From Candidatus Marinacidobacterales bacterium (GTDB taxonomy: Bacteria; Acidobacteriota; Vicinamibacteria; Marinacidobacterales; DATDRI01): a stretch of 64,000 nucleotides of DNA. Shown piece by piece: positions 10,065-21,546 of this stretch. Location: positions 960,001 to 1,024,000 of the forward strand of contig OZ244742.1 in NCBI GenBank assembly GCA_965219415.1, written 5' to 3'. Under the pieces are notes generated by a model. The model worked only from the letters and a program-made list of their open reading frames with translations, was not told where the DNA came from and ran no database searches. The position numbers and the translations under genes were made by a program. Each line of letters starts with the position of its first letter. Position 1 is the first letter of the stretch.

Positions 10065-10482
10065 TACGAATGTGCTCGTCTACGCCCGGGACCGTTCAGA
10101 GGAAGCGAAGCAGCAACGTGCGTTCCTGTGGCTTTCTACTCTTTGGGAATCCCGCAAGGGCCGGCTTAGCTTCCAGGTTTTGCACGAATACTACGTCAAC
10201 GTTACTCAAAGGCTCGCACCGGGGTTGAAGCGTGAACACGCGCGCGCCGATGTGCGTGCCCTAATGGCTTGGCGGCCGATCCCACTCGGAGCGCCCGTGT
10301 TAGATGGCGCATGGGCAGTCGAGCAGCGCTACGGTCTGTCCTTCTGGGACTCTCTCATTGTCTCCGCCGCCCACTTGGCCAACTGCGAGTACCTTCTTAC
10401 GGAAGACCTACAGGAGGGACAGAGCCTCAACGGCGTCAGAGTTCTAAACCCCTTCCAGCAAGATCCAAAAGCCATTCTCTAG
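10042..10482 (+). CDS. PIN-domain toxin (VapC-like)
   Basis: FVDTNVLVYA, LSFWDSLIVSAA, LLTEDL. Confidence 0.9.
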   Translation: MSGPVFVDTNVLVYARDRSEEAKQQRAFLWLSTLWESRKGRLSFQVLHEYYVNVTQRLAPGLKREHARADVRALMAWRPIPLGAPVLDGAWAVEQRYGLSFWDSLIVSAAHLANCEYLLTEDLQEGQSLNGVRVLNPFQQDPKAIL

Positions 10483-10639
10483 GCCGCCATAACAAAGGAA
10501 CGTGGCCAATAGCAGTAATCCCGCTCGTCAACATGGTACGCGTCGTTCTAAGCTGGGGTGACGCCGGCGAGGGAGTGAAGTGGCGGTCGGCGTCCTGGGG
10601 AAAGCGGACTTGCATCGTCGTCGCGTGAGGTAGTTAATA

Positions 10640-12326
10640 GTGAAGGGATCTAGCTACGTTTGGATATGCTGCGCCTTCTGTGCGACGAGCGTTTTGGCCT
10701 CCGAGGCCAGAGCCCAGGCGCCGCCATACACCCGCTACTCGATACCTGAGTTGTTCAGCTACGAGGAACTCCTCGTGTTGAGCGAAGACAAGGAGTTCCC
10801 GCCCGAGCTGGCCCGCAAACTGGAAGCAATTACCACCACCCCTTTCTTGAGCAATGAGGCCTACTACCGCGGCGCCAGACCGCATCTACCCCGCATCGAC
10901 AAACTCGGCCGTTCCTTGCGGATGGCCTTGTGGAACATCGAGCGGGGAATCCACCTAGAAGAACAGATTCTGGCTTTCACCGACCCAGAAGCGTTTCTAG
11001 AGCTCGTGAAAGAGAGATGGCAGGAGTTCGAGAAACAAAAGCAGGCGACGGCGGACGAGGAAGTAGAGCAAGACCCCAGAAAGTACGCCGACCTCGACCT
11101 GGAGAAACTGAGAGAGCAGCTCGAAGTCCTGCAGACGGTCGATCTCTTCGTGCTCAACGAGGTCGACTGGGGAATGAAACGCAGCGACTACCGCGAAGTA
11201 GTTCGAGAACTCGGTGATGCCCTGAAAATGAACTGAGCCTATAGCGTGGAGTTCATCGAAGTCGATCCGACTCTCTTGGGAACCGAGGACTTCGACACGG
11301 TCGAGGATGAGGAAGCCCGAGAGATGCTGGTCGAGATGACCCTGGTTGATAAGGAACGCATGCGGGGCTTACACGGGAATGCGATTCTTTCCCGCTACCC
11401 GATTCGAGCCGCATACGTTCGGCCCTTCGAGCTACAACCCTACGATTGGTACTATGAGGAAAAGGCTTTGAGGCCGGCGGAGAAAGGAATCCGCGCCGGG
11501 ATGAGAAGTCTTGGGTGATGAGCTCTATCGGGAGATGCGGCGGGGTGGAAGGTCGACTCTGTCGGTCGACTTAGATGTCCCCGATTTGCCCGAGGGCCGC
11601 TTGGCCGTACTCACACCACACTTCGAAAATCGGACCAAGCCCAAGAACCGTCAAAAGCAGATGGCCGAAATCTTGACGTGGGTCAAACCCGTCAGCAATC
11701 CGGTCATTATCGGTGGCGATCTGAACACACTGGGTGGCGATGCGCAATCCTTCAAGCTCGAAAGGCAGCTGGTTAAGAAGTTTGGTGATGCCGATTTCTG
11801 GGTCAACCAGAGTGTCAAGTGGTCGACCGGCGTGGGCGCTGCCTACGACGTCTTCCGAGGGGGGGTCAATTGGACCAGGAACGTCAGCGACCCCACGCGC
11901 CAGTCCATACCCTTCTTCTTCCCCAACAAGGAGAAGGGCCTCTTTAATATGGTGGAAGCGTTTCGGTTCGAAGAAGGGAAAGCATTTGATTTCCGTGGGG
12001 ATGAGGAGCGGACCAGCAGTGGCTATGCGGGCTATCTCAGCAATTCCAGCGAGAGGGCGAGCAAGGGTTTCACGTACACGTACCAATGGGTCATCAAGTT
12101 TCACGTAATAGGCACGCTCAAACTCGACTGGATCTTCGTCAAATCCTACTTGGAGCACCCGACAGACAAGAAAGGGCCTTACCAGTTTGCTCCCCACTTC
12201 GCGAGGACCATGGTCACTTTGAACAACTGTCTGCCGACGGAGCTATCCGATCACAACCCGATGACGGTGGACTTGCCGTTCGACGAGCCGATCATCGATC
12301 CGCCGAAGAAGGCGAAGACACGCTAA
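10640..12326 (+). pseudogene. Exported endonuclease/exonuclease/phosphatase (EEP) family protein, split
   Basis: WNIERG, LNEVD, GNAILSRYP, GGDLN, LDWIF, LSDH motifs; in-frame TGA at 11234-36 and a frameshift near 11510. Confidence 0.8.
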
Positions 12327-12353
12327 GCCCGCTTAGCCGGCTAAGGAGGCCCC

Positions 12354-12707
12354 ATGACGACAATACAGACAGTACTCGCTGCACTGCTGCTGGGAAGCGC
12401 ACTGGAATGGCTTCAATCACCCGCCTCCAACGACCCCAACTCGCAGATCGACCCGGCCTCGTTCAACTGTTCTCAGCATACCGAGATGGTGGCAGCCGAT
12501 GACGGTCGCGCCGAGGCACGGATCATCTGGGCGCACGGCTATTACAGCGCTCTCACCGGCTTGGATGAGAGCAGTGCTCCCATTCACGCGGCGGAAGTCG
12601 TGGTGTTTGCCGAGCAATTGAACAAGCTCTGTCGAGCCGAACCCGACAAGCTGTTCTTAGTGGCCGTCAAGGAGCTGATCCGAGCCGTGCCCAAGGCACA
12701 AAGGTGA
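12354..12707 (+). CDS. HdeA/HdeB-like periplasmic chaperone
   Basis: Signal peptide; FNCSQ..WAHGYY..LCRAEPD two-Cys pattern. Confidence 0.55.
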   Translation: MTTIQTVLAALLLGSALEWLQSPASNDPNSQIDPASFNCSQHTEMVAADDGRAEARIIWAHGYYSALTGLDESSAPIHAAEVVVFAEQLNKLCRAEPDKLFLVAVKELIRAVPKAQR

Positions 12708-12728
12708 GAACAGTACGCCAAGGAGACG

Positions 12729-12880
12729 ATGATGAAGCCGAGAATCGGAGCTCTATTGGTCACTCTGTTGGCGGCGACGCCCGTCCTTGCCCAATAGAAG
12801 GTCAGCATTGAGGCCGATAGGACCGTGGAATACTCGAAGTACAAGATCTATTCCTACACCGGGCCAGCGCGCCGATTCCT
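12729..12880 (+). pseudogene. DUF4136-like gene remnant
   Basis: MMKPRIGALLVTLLAATPVLAQ*KVSIEADRTVEYSKYKIYSY; resembles the N-terminus of the 23371 gene; end approximate. Confidence 0.5.
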
Positions 12881-13030
12881 ATGAGGCTGCGAGTTCGTGT
12901 CGACAGGGTTACTTTTCAGATCGAGCCGACTCCACCTCAGAGGTGGAGCCAGACGCTATGCCATGAACCATCATGGTCAGAGCTCCTTCCGGCGCAGTGC
13001 CGACCAAATTCAGGGGCGGATAACTGGCAT

Positions 13031-13846
13031 CTAACTCGCGAATAGCAACTGAATTTGTATTCGTAGAGTCCAGTCCGCGTGCGGCCGGGTCTCGGGATGG
13101 ATGACGTTGTAGAAGGCGGAAACTTGAAGGTCGACGCCGCGTCTGCCCACTTTGACGAGCTTGCCGGCGCCCCCGCCGATGGGGACCAGCCATTGGTCGC
13201 CGCTTGGCGAGTTCCAGTCCGCCGTCACGACGGGAGCGCTGATGACATACCAGCCGTTACCGAGCACGCGTAGGAGGATGTAATGAAGGAGGAACTGGTT
13301 GACATCGGATCGGCCCTCGTCACCTGCGAACGACCAGATGTTGTACGTCCGTACGCCGAAGAGCCAGCGGCCCGGTCGGACGACGGCGATGGCGGTGACG
13401 CCGGAGGACCACTTGCCGCTTCCTAGCGCATCATCCGTGGCCAGGGGAAACCTCACGACAGGGCCAACGCCTAATACAGAGCGTCCTGCTTTCCTGGGAG
13501 ACCAGAAGACGCTGATTTCCGGATCTCCCAACCCGAACGTCCCGCCACCGGACTCGTTGGCGTTGGGCCGATACAGCACCGGGAGAGCGCTGAAGGTTTT
13601 CATCCTCCACCAGATGCCCGTCCCGACTTCCGCCTGCCAGGGCTGGATGAGGAGTTGGAATCCGGTCCTGTCCTTCGACCCGATGCCGAAGTCGACGTTG
13701 TTCTGCATCGCCACGGCGCGAAGTCTGCTCACCGGCTCGTGAGCTTCCTTAACCTCCTCCTCGGATGCGGTTTCCCGCTCCTGCCCGCCGCACGGCGAGT
13801 CCGCGCTCCAGACCAGAAGGCCGAGGTATAGGACCACACGCTTCAT
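13031..13846 (-). CDS. Outer-membrane transporter-like beta-barrel (neuromedin-U annotated family)
   Basis: LQNN-like MQNN, FGLGD, ATDDALGSGKW, VPIGGG, LRIQIQLLF. Confidence 0.75.
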   Translation of the reverse strand: MKRVVLYLGLLVWSADSPCGGQERETASEEEVKEAHEPVSRLRAVAMQNNVDFGIGSKDRTGFQLLIQPWQAEVGTGIWWRMKTFSALPVLYRPNANESGGGTFGLGDPEISVFWSPRKAGRSVLGVGPVVRFPLATDDALGSGKWSSGVTAIAVVRPGRWLFGVRTYNIWSFAGDEGRSDVNQFLLHYILLRVLGNGWYVISAPVVTADWNSPSGDQWLVPIGGGAGKLVKVGRRGVDLQVSAFYNVIHPETRPHADWTLRIQIQLLFAS

Positions 13847-13912
13847 GGTGTCTACCTGCGGAGGCGCGCTCTCACTGCTCTCTCAGCAGTGAGCGCCTCC
13901 CGCAGACATTCG

Positions 13913-14734
13913 TTAGAACTCGAAGCCGAATCCGATGAGCGCACCTTGCGATGTCGCGTCGTATTCGAAGAAATTCCGATTCAAAGGGGCATCCCCTTGC
14001 GTGTAATCGATGTCCATCCACCGGTACTGAAAGACCAGAAGGAACTTTTCTTTCAACAATACCGCGACGCCACCCTGAAGGTTGGTCGTCAGCTCGGCCC
14101 CGGCGCCGAAGCCACCAAAGTCCGCTCGAGCCGTTAAACGCACTTTGGGGTGCACCTGACCGATCCAGCGCCCACCCACGATGGGGTCCACCCAGTCGAC
14201 CGTAAGATCCTGGGTCGGACCGCCAATTTGGCTGAAGTCGAGGGTGTTCGTGATGCGGTAGTAGCGAATCCCCCCGATGACGTCGAAGACGTTTTTCCCC
14301 TCGCCGAGCCGGTAATAGGGCCATGCTTCCCAGAACAGCAGTTTGATTCCGACATCGCCGCTAGCGGTCGAGCCGTTAGGGAGCGGGATTTGCAGAGCAC
14401 CCCCCTTTGCAGCGGACACGTAGGAGAAGTCGGTCGCCGCCCCCCAGCGTTTCTTGTTGGCTTCGAAATGAAGTATGAAGGCCGCCTTTAGCTGGCTGAG
14501 AAGGGCGTCGAAAGGGAGCTCGAAATCTTGAACGATGGGTCCGATCTTAATCGTACCCGCCGTGTCGACGACCCAAAGGTAGGGAGCCGCAATGAAATGC
14601 CACTCATCATCCTCCGGCATGGTCGTCGCCTGAACGAAGGCCAGCGCTTCCGAACCGGCGTTCGGCTCAACCACGGTCTCTTCGCTCGTTTCGACGCGGA
14701 GTTCTTCGCTCCGAGCCTCCTCCTCGTCTGCCAA
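13913..14734 (-). CDS. Outer-membrane beta-barrel protein (N-terminus uncertain)
   Basis: WHFIAAPYLW, DWVDPIVGGR, C-terminal GFGFEF. Confidence 0.75.
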   Translation of the reverse strand: MADEEEARSEELRVETSEETVVEPNAGSEALAFVQATTMPEDDEWHFIAAPYLWVVDTAGTIKIGPIVQDFELPFDALLSQLKAAFILHFEANKKRWGAATDFSYVSAAKGGALQIPLPNGSTASGDVGIKLLFWEAWPYYRLGEGKNVFDVIGGIRYYRITNTLDFSQIGGPTQDLTVDWVDPIVGGRWIGQVHPKVRLTARADFGGFGAGAELTTNLQGGVAVLLKEKFLLVFQYRWMDIDYTQGDAPLNRNFFEYDATSQGALIGFGFEF

Positions 14735-14772
14735 AGCAAATGTGCTAGCCGTTAGAAGAAGAAACGTGACTG

Positions 14773-15088
14773 CTACCGGTTATATTCGATCTCGTTCTTG
14801 ACCTCCTTGACCCCCTTGACTTTCTTAACTGCCTTTGGGGCATTGCTGCGAAGGCGAGTGATGTGGGAGAACCCAGTCAATGTGACGACGCCGTTCCGCG
14901 ATTGAGAAGGTGAGCCAGTCGTACGCGGTATAGTCCGGCAAGTTGGCGATCGTATTCACGACCTCCCCGGTCATCTTCTTGAGCTCGTCGTTCTGAGCCC
15001 CCCGAGCTGTGGCCGTGCAGGGTAGCCCCGCCGCTGTGGCTAGTGCCCCGATGAGAATAACGCTACGAAACCATTTACAATTCTTCAT
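14773..15088 (-). pseudogene. BON-domain protein, frameshifted/truncated
   Basis: Signal peptide, LPDYTAYDWLTF, then AVKKVKGVKEVKNEIE in another frame. Confidence 0.6.
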
Positions 15089-15243
15089 CTCTCATTCTTT
15101 CCATGAAATTAGTAATACCCTTTGCCCGACACGATAAACACTCTCCAACTTGCTGGTCGAGTTTTCACTCGCAGCGCACTAGCTGCCGGCCGAACGTCGG
15201 GCACCGCCGGCACTCCTGCGATACCAACACTTTCGTTCCGTCA

Positions 15244-16024
15244 TTAGGGCTCCGTCGTCGTACGCATGTTTTCGCGCAGGTCGATCATGGGCTGTTGACT
15301 CACCCGAAACAGGCCTTGCTGCGGGCGATCCATATCGATAACCATCAAAAAGACAGTCGCGTAGGTAACAACCAACAGCGACGTCGAAAAAGCGTGACGT
15401 CGGCCAGTCAGACCCAGAAGGAACCCGATCAACGCCATGACCAAAACAGATAGGAAGGCGAGCGTAGCGAAGATTATCGGCGGGATGCGGGTCCAAAGGG
15501 TGACGTTTATGCGTTTGTTGTGAAGGTCGATCATCTCGTTTAGCGACTGGATGAAGAGTGCGACGATGGGGGTGGGATGCCCTTGAGCCACTACCGTCGT
15601 CTCGGCCCAGAGTCGCTCCTGCAATTGCTTCGAGCGCGCCGCGAATTCGTCTACGGTTCCCACATCGACAACGTGTCGGTCGGCGACATATTCACGTAAC
15701 CAACCACGGATTTTCGAGCGATGTGGTTCTGGAAGCTGCGCCGCGCGCTGGTACGTGGTGCCGATGGCGTTGGCATCCTCGAGCACCAGTTGTCTGCGAG
15801 CGTCGTACTGCGATCCTGCCATTGCAAAGGTGAACGCGAGCAGGAACCCGACCAGTGCAAACATCGCCCCCAGGGCGGTACCGCCTTGCGACGTGTCGGA
15901 GCTCGGCCACCGCCGCCCCAATTGGTAGGCTGCCTCGACCGAAAGAAGGAAAAGCAGGACGACGCAGACATACACTGCCCAAATGGGAACGTCGTCTAGG
16001 ATCTAGGATGTGGTCGCACAACAT
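15244..16024 (-). pseudogene. DUF4239 (bestrophin-like) membrane protein with a 7-bp duplication near the start
   Basis: LLAFTF..YDARR..EDANAIGT..DMDRPQQG; removing one CTAGGAT copy restores MLCDHILDDVPIWAVY behind a GGAG RBS. Confidence 0.75.
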
Positions 16025-16121
16025 CTTCGTTCTCCATCTGCTCAGGCGGCTTCTCTTTCAAGCCTCTCGCCCTGCCGGCAGCTTGCGGGGCATTCTCGAA
16101 CCGACAGCCCAGCCCCGGCCG

Positions 16122-17372
16122 CTACTCCTTGACGACCGGCTCGTAGTCGGTCCCGTAGATCTCGTTGATCTCAGAGTAGATCGGTCCAACGACCTCCGGA
16201 AAGCCTCGCGCACCGGACTTGATGAAATCCGAGAACGGAATCATCTTGCTCAAGTCGGGCGCGTTCTTGGCCTTGAGCGGCGGGCTGGGCCAGATGTCCT
16301 CGTCGATGGCAGACATCCTCACCTTGATGTGATTCTTGGTGACATTGAAGACCATGTAGTCCGCGGCCAAAGCGAGAGGTCCGTCGTAAGTTTTGCGGAC
16401 CCGTTCTCGGACTTCGGGCTCGGTGTCGAAGTCGTTCTGGAAGTGGTAGCCAACGGCGAGCCGCGGCTTGACGAGCGACATCACCTTGCCGAACTGCTCG
16501 GGCGAGGTGTGGGCCTGCGTGCCGACGTTGAGCGCTTCCAGAGGGGCGAACCCCTGCTTCGTGACGAGAAGGGTGGGCGGCAGGAAGCACTCGTGGACGG
16601 CGACGTCCGCGCCTTTGGAGTACTCGATGTACCACTTGTTGGGGGCCGTATCGCTGCCGTAGACAAACGTGAGCCCGTTCCACTCCAGGATGAGCTCACG
16701 GCGCCATCGATGGCGTGGATGGCCGGAATACTCCGGACCACCACGCCGTTTTCGTTGTAGATGACCTCGTTGACGCCGTCGAAGGGAAACTCGTGGACCT
16801 CGAGCGCCTCACCGCGGAAGTCGATGAACCCCGCCCGCGTCCCGATGTCCCAGACGAACGTCTTCTCCATCATGGCCATGGCGTGCGCTGTGCCGTACTC
16901 GGGCATCGCTCCGCTGGGGCCCCAGATCCGAAGCGGCGTGAGCCGGTTCATCGTCGTGCCCCCGAGCCAGAACGTGTCCAGGTCGCCCATGTGGTCTACG
17001 TGCAGGTGACCGATGAAAACTTTATCCAGGTAGTCGTACGGTATTCTTCTGCGCGGCGAGCCGTTCATGGCAACCGGCGCCGATGTCGAAGAGGAACTTG
17101 TCCCCGTTGCCCAGCTCGACCAGCCAGCACGCGGCGGCCTGCTTAGGCCTGGGGATCGGCATACCCGTGCCCAAAGCCACAATCCGCATCTCGTTCGGCG
17201 CTAGATCCTCGGTGCCGGGGTAGTAGACGTCCAGTTCGGGCACAGCCTCGGTGGGCGACCGCCCGGACTGAGCTTCGGCCACCTGACGATTCGCGCTGAG
17301 TGTCAGGGCGGCCAGGAGTCTCACGGTTGCGGCGACTCCTGCAATAAAGGCAAGCATCGTTTTCAGTTTCAT
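16122..17372 (-). pseudogene. RNase Z/AtsA-like MBL-fold metallohydrolase (GntH-like), multiple frameshifts
   Basis: LGTGMP, LVELGNGDKFLFDIG, HLHVDH, IHAIDG, GYHFQNDFD spread across frames. Confidence 0.8.
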
Positions 17373-17459
17373 GAAATTCTATCTCCTCCTTATGAGTCCA
17401 GAATCACACCGTTAGAGGTCGACTTGTCACGGTAACTGGCACGCTTCCCTCGAGCTCGC

Positions 17460-18299
17460 TCAAGCCTGCCTTTTGGGATCTTCGACCACCATGTAGACCG
17501 TATCGCCATCGCTCGCGAACGCGCGATAGTACGTGCCGTCGTGGACGAAGTACTTCTTACCGCCGACGGTTTTCTCCTCCGCCTCTTCGGGGAGGTACGG
17601 CACGGTCGCGCCCACCGGTGCCGTGACGACTTCGTAGTTCTGCTCTTCGCCCCCCTCCTTCATCGGTATGTCGGAAGGATCGTCGGCTTGCTCTGCCGAC
17701 TTTGTTGTCGCTGTGGCGTCGGGCGGGGAAGGCTGTTCCGCCGGCTTCGTGGTCGGGACATAGTAAGTTCCGCTGACGTAGACGTACTCGGTGGTCCCGA
17801 CATAGACCACGGTTGAATACGTCGGTACCGAGTAAACGACCGCGCCCGGCGGAGGCGCGACGACGACATAGCCACTACCCGATGACATGTAGTAAACCCC
17901 GCCCGAGTAGTAGTACGTCGTTCCGGTCACGACGACGGTCGTCGACTGCTTGGGCCTGGTCGCGGCATAGACGCCCAACCTGAACAGACCGGTCACGGTT
18001 CGCCACCGCCAGTAGTCATTCCTGGCATTGTGCCAACCGTGGTAGCTCCCGTGCCGATATCCGGCGCGCGCGGACGACCGGGTTGCAGGCGCCCGAGCTG
18101 TGCCTCGGCCTCGGCTCGTCGTTCGGGTCGTACGGGTCCGCGTGTTGCCTTTCGGGCCGGTTTTGCTGGAATGACGAACGCTCCCGTTTCTCTTCTGCGC
18201 GGAGGCTAACTCCGGAAGCAACGCGCCCCCAACCATCAGGGCCGCGAACACGAACACCAAGGGGCGTTGCACTCTCGAGGTCTTTTGTCTCTTGTTCAT
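17460..18299 (-). CDS. Exported Tyr/Val-rich protein (DUF6515-like)
   Basis: Signal peptide; TYYYSGGVYY..YVVVAPPPGA repeats. Confidence 0.7.
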   Translation of the reverse strand: MNKRQKTSRVQRPLVFVFAALMVGGALLPELASAQKRNGSVRHSSKTGPKGNTRTRTTRTTSRGRGTARAPATRSSARAGYRHGSYHGWHNARNDYWRWRTVTGLFRLGVYAATRPKQSTTVVVTGTTYYYSGGVYYMSSGSGYVVVAPPPGAVVYSVPTYSTVVYVGTTEYVYVSGTYYVPTTKPAEQPSPPDATATTKSAEQADDPSDIPMKEGGEEQNYEVVTAPVGATVPYLPEEAEEKTVGGKKYFVHDGTYYRAFASDGDTVYMVVEDPKRQA

Positions 18300-19103
18300 G
18301 GCTTGTCCTCCTCACTAGGCTCACTTGGCTCACTTGGCTGAATGCGTTCTTGAGATGGCAGGAATTCGATCTCGTCCGATCCCGCGGGTGGACGAAACGT
18401 GAAGTAATGATCCGATAGCCGCGGATGGAAGTTCCATTCCGACAGCTCGGCGATGTATTGTGGCGAGCCCGGTTCGTCCTTGTACGTGATGACCAGCCTC
18501 CGCGGCACCGGGCGCGGCCCGACCTCGATCCAGATCTGCCAGTCGATCCCCCTCTTGCCAAAAGGCCAGGTGATGGCACCGGATCCCGTTCACCGGGTGT
18601 TGGCCCACCACGAATCCGTCTTCGACATTCTCGATGAGCGTGCGATATGGATCCGCATAGACGAGATCCGCTATCGGGACGGAAGCACCGTACACCTCGA
18701 AGAGGCGGTCGAGCGCGGCGTCGATCTCGGGTGGGGCTTCCGCCACCGCGTACACGTTCTTGGCGACGTTGTGGAGCGTCACCGTCTTACCGTCGAAGAC
18801 GACTCGACTCTGCCGTTCGTCACCGTTGAACTCGACGTTCAATCGGTTGGGACGACGGATCGATATGTGCGCGACGCCACCAAATAGGATCTTCTGCTCT
18901 CCCTCAATCTCGTCGTAGGCGATGTCGGCTTCAAAAGTGTACTCCTCGGCAGAGCTAAGGTACTCGCCCATCTCGCGCAGGATGCGATCCGCCTGCGCGT
19001 CGACGTCTGACTCCATACGCTGTTGGACGGCGCCAAGCGATCCGGGCAACAGCAGAGTCACCGCCAGCGCCGCACTCCAAATGAAGATTGATCGGTTCGT
19101 CAT
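18296..19103 (-). pseudogene. DUF2092 periplasmic protein, frameshift near 18545
   Basis: RRPNRL, FDGKTVTL, ADLVYADPY, CHHLAF; then PRRLVITYK..WNF in another frame. Confidence 0.78.
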
Positions 19104-19116
19104 ATCTCGTACCTCC

Positions 19117-20195
19117 TTATGGGAACACCTCTAGCAGAACGGTTCCTTGTGCCGACGCCGGCGCCGTCATCCCCAGTAGGGCGGCAATAGTGGGCGCCAC
19201 GTCGGCAGGCTGGACGCGGCGGTGCACGACCCGGGGCGGGATCCCGTAACCGACGAAGATTACGGGGACGTGTGTGTCGTAGTTCCACGGTGACCCGTGC
19301 GCCGCGACAACCGCGCCCTTGTCGAAATTGAACCAGTAGGGATCCTGAACGATGTAGATATCGCCGGCGCGAGTCTCGTGGTAGTTGTTCCGGATCTGCC
19401 CGACGAGTTTCGAGTTCGGCAACGCGTTGAGACCTTCGCGGCGAGTGACGGCTAGGTGGATGCCAGGTTCGAGCGTCAGGGCATCGGCCACTCGTTCCCG
19501 CACGGCCTGCGGATCCAGCCCAGTAGCTACGACGCGATCGGTATCGAGGTAGAGGTACGGTCGATAGTAGAACTTCACGAGGCCGTCGAGCCCAAAGAGC
19601 TCGCCAGTGATTCGATCCACTGCGGCCAGGATGACGTCGGGCGTCAGTCGCCCTGCAACGAATCCACGCTCGGCCATGTACTCCGGCATTTCCGCCATGC
19701 CGTGATCGGCCGACAAGACGATTAGGGTTTTGTCCAGGCCGACATGGCGATCGATGAAGCCGAGGAAGTCCGCCAGCGTGCGATCGAGCTGAAGCACCAT
19801 GTCCTCGTTTTCCAAACTGGAGGGGCCGAAGAAGTGATTGACGGCGTCCACGCCGGAGAAGCTGACCGACAAGTAGTCCGGAATTGTGTCCTTTCCCAAC
19901 CCCTCGTTTGCGATCAAGGCCTTCGCAAAGTCTGCCAAGAGACGGTCGCCCATCGGACTTGCGATGACTTGTGTGTAGAGCAGCTTGTTCCCCGCTGCGC
20001 CCAACTGGTGCGGAAAGGTGCGACCGTAACCACGCAGGTCGGCCTCGTACGGGCGATCATCCTGGTGCGCGAGAAGATAAGTCGTCGGATCGCGCAGCAG
20101 GGACCAAAACTGTTCGGTGTGGTTGGTTCGCCTTGCGTTCCGCATTCCATGCAGCAACCCAGTCCGGGTAGGCGTCGTAGTACCAAGCGGACGAC
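19117..20195 (-). pseudogene. PafA-type alkaline phosphatase family protein, 5'-truncated
   Basis: SFSGVDAVNHFFGP, LSADHG, HGSPWNYDTHVP, DVAPT; N-terminal half missing. Confidence 0.8.
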
Positions 20196-20312
20196 CCGAT
20201 GACGGGAGTGATCTGAAAACGCACCTCCTGAGCCTCTTCACCAGCGCCCGAATCCTGAGCATGAGCCGCTGGGGCGCCGGACACGAGCTGAACCGCCAAC
20301 ACCAACCACCCT

Positions 20313-21462
20313 CTATCCATGCTCTTCCGCGAGCTCGAGTGTCGACGGATGGAAGAGCCCCTCGATCGTGAGCTTCCGGCTGGCCAGACCCTGTTCGTAG
20401 GAGTACCGGAACAGTGCCTCGAGCGCCTTGCGGTTCGGCGCGATGCCGTACGGCCAGTAGTTGTCACCCATGAGCTCGCGGGTTTCCTCGAGCTCCTGCC
20501 CGATCCACGGGAGCGTAATTTTGTACCAGGCGCTGTGCAGCAAGAAGCCGTACGTCAGCTGTTTGGCCTGCGAATAGGCCTCGAACACAGCCGCCGGCAA
20601 ACCAGGGATTGTTTTCGATGACGTCATTCCGGATGGCAACCGGGTGCATGATCGGAAAGATGCCGGTCTTCGCGAAGTACGCGCGTTCCGCCTTGCGGTA
20701 ATCCGGAAAGAGCCGCCCGACAATTGGATTGCCTTCCATATACGCCCGCGGCTCGGCGGCATGGAACAGAGCATCCACGTCTCCGGCGACTAGTAGGTCG
20801 GATTCGTCTTTGCCCTCGGGACCTTCGCTGATGGAGACGCCCTTGGGCAGTATGTTTTCCTGCTTGGACGCTTTACCTCCTGCCGAGGCCTTGGACGTCA
20901 CGATCCACTCCACGTCGCGGGGCTCGAGGCCGTACTCCTCCTTGAAAGTGCCCCGGATCCAGGTCAGGGAGCTCGATGAATAACCCGGCGTCGCAATCTT
21001 CTTGCCCCGCAAATCTTGGGGACCTTTGATGCCGCGATCGGTGCGGACGAAAACGCTCTTGTGCCGGAACGTGCGCAACGGGAAGACCGGGATCAGACTG
21101 TAGTCCCGAAAACCGTCGTTGGCATAAGCCAGCATGAACGGATGCAAACCGATCTCGGTCACTTCCCGCGTCTGCGGACCGCTGAATACGTGCACGTTCA
21201 TTTCGCCGACGCTCGAAACCTCGAAGCTCACCTCGGCGCCCTCGATCGGCACACGCCCGTCGATCAACGCGGCAACACGGTCGAAGTCGTACCCCGCCAT
21301 CTGTATGCGGAGCCCCTTCGACTCGGCGGTGGACCGCGATGTCGCGGCGCTGTCACAGGCGCTTAACGCGCCGGCCGCGCCCGCGGCTACGGCTGCTGTC
21401 TTGATGAAGTCACGGCGGGAGGTGCCTTGATTTTTCCGCCCTATCCCTTTACTGGTACTCAT
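20313..21462 (-). pseudogene. Tat-exported substrate-binding / 4,5-dihydroxyphthalate decarboxylase-like protein, frameshifted
   Basis: SRRDFIK Tat motif, PVFPLRTFRH, TGIFPIMH, YWPYG; frameshift near 20600. Confidence 0.8.
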
Positions 21463-21546
21463 CGATACCTCCTCTCGCGCGCACGCCACTCCGGGCTCCC
21501 ATTCACGCTTGCCCTCCCGCCGCTGCTGCGGCCGGATCCAGGAGCT

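Noticed and set aside
10520-10635. GC-rich hairpin upstream of the EEP gene as a riboswitch
   Set aside because: A single stem with no recognisable conserved motif
1578-12797. In-frame stops (TAG in the transposase and DUF4136 remnant, TGA in the EEP gene) as stop-codon recoding, Pyl or Sec
   Set aside because: TAG and TGA end many intact genes here, no recoding machinery or SECIS-like signal is seen, and each is one substitution from CAG/TGG in a decaying gene
16122-17372. Guanitoxin biosynthesis
   Set aside because: Only family-level similarity to GntH; no other pathway genes are nearby
18317-18340. 9-bp tandem repeat GGCTCACTT
   Set aside because: It encodes a low-complexity PSEPSEPSE tail; unremarkable
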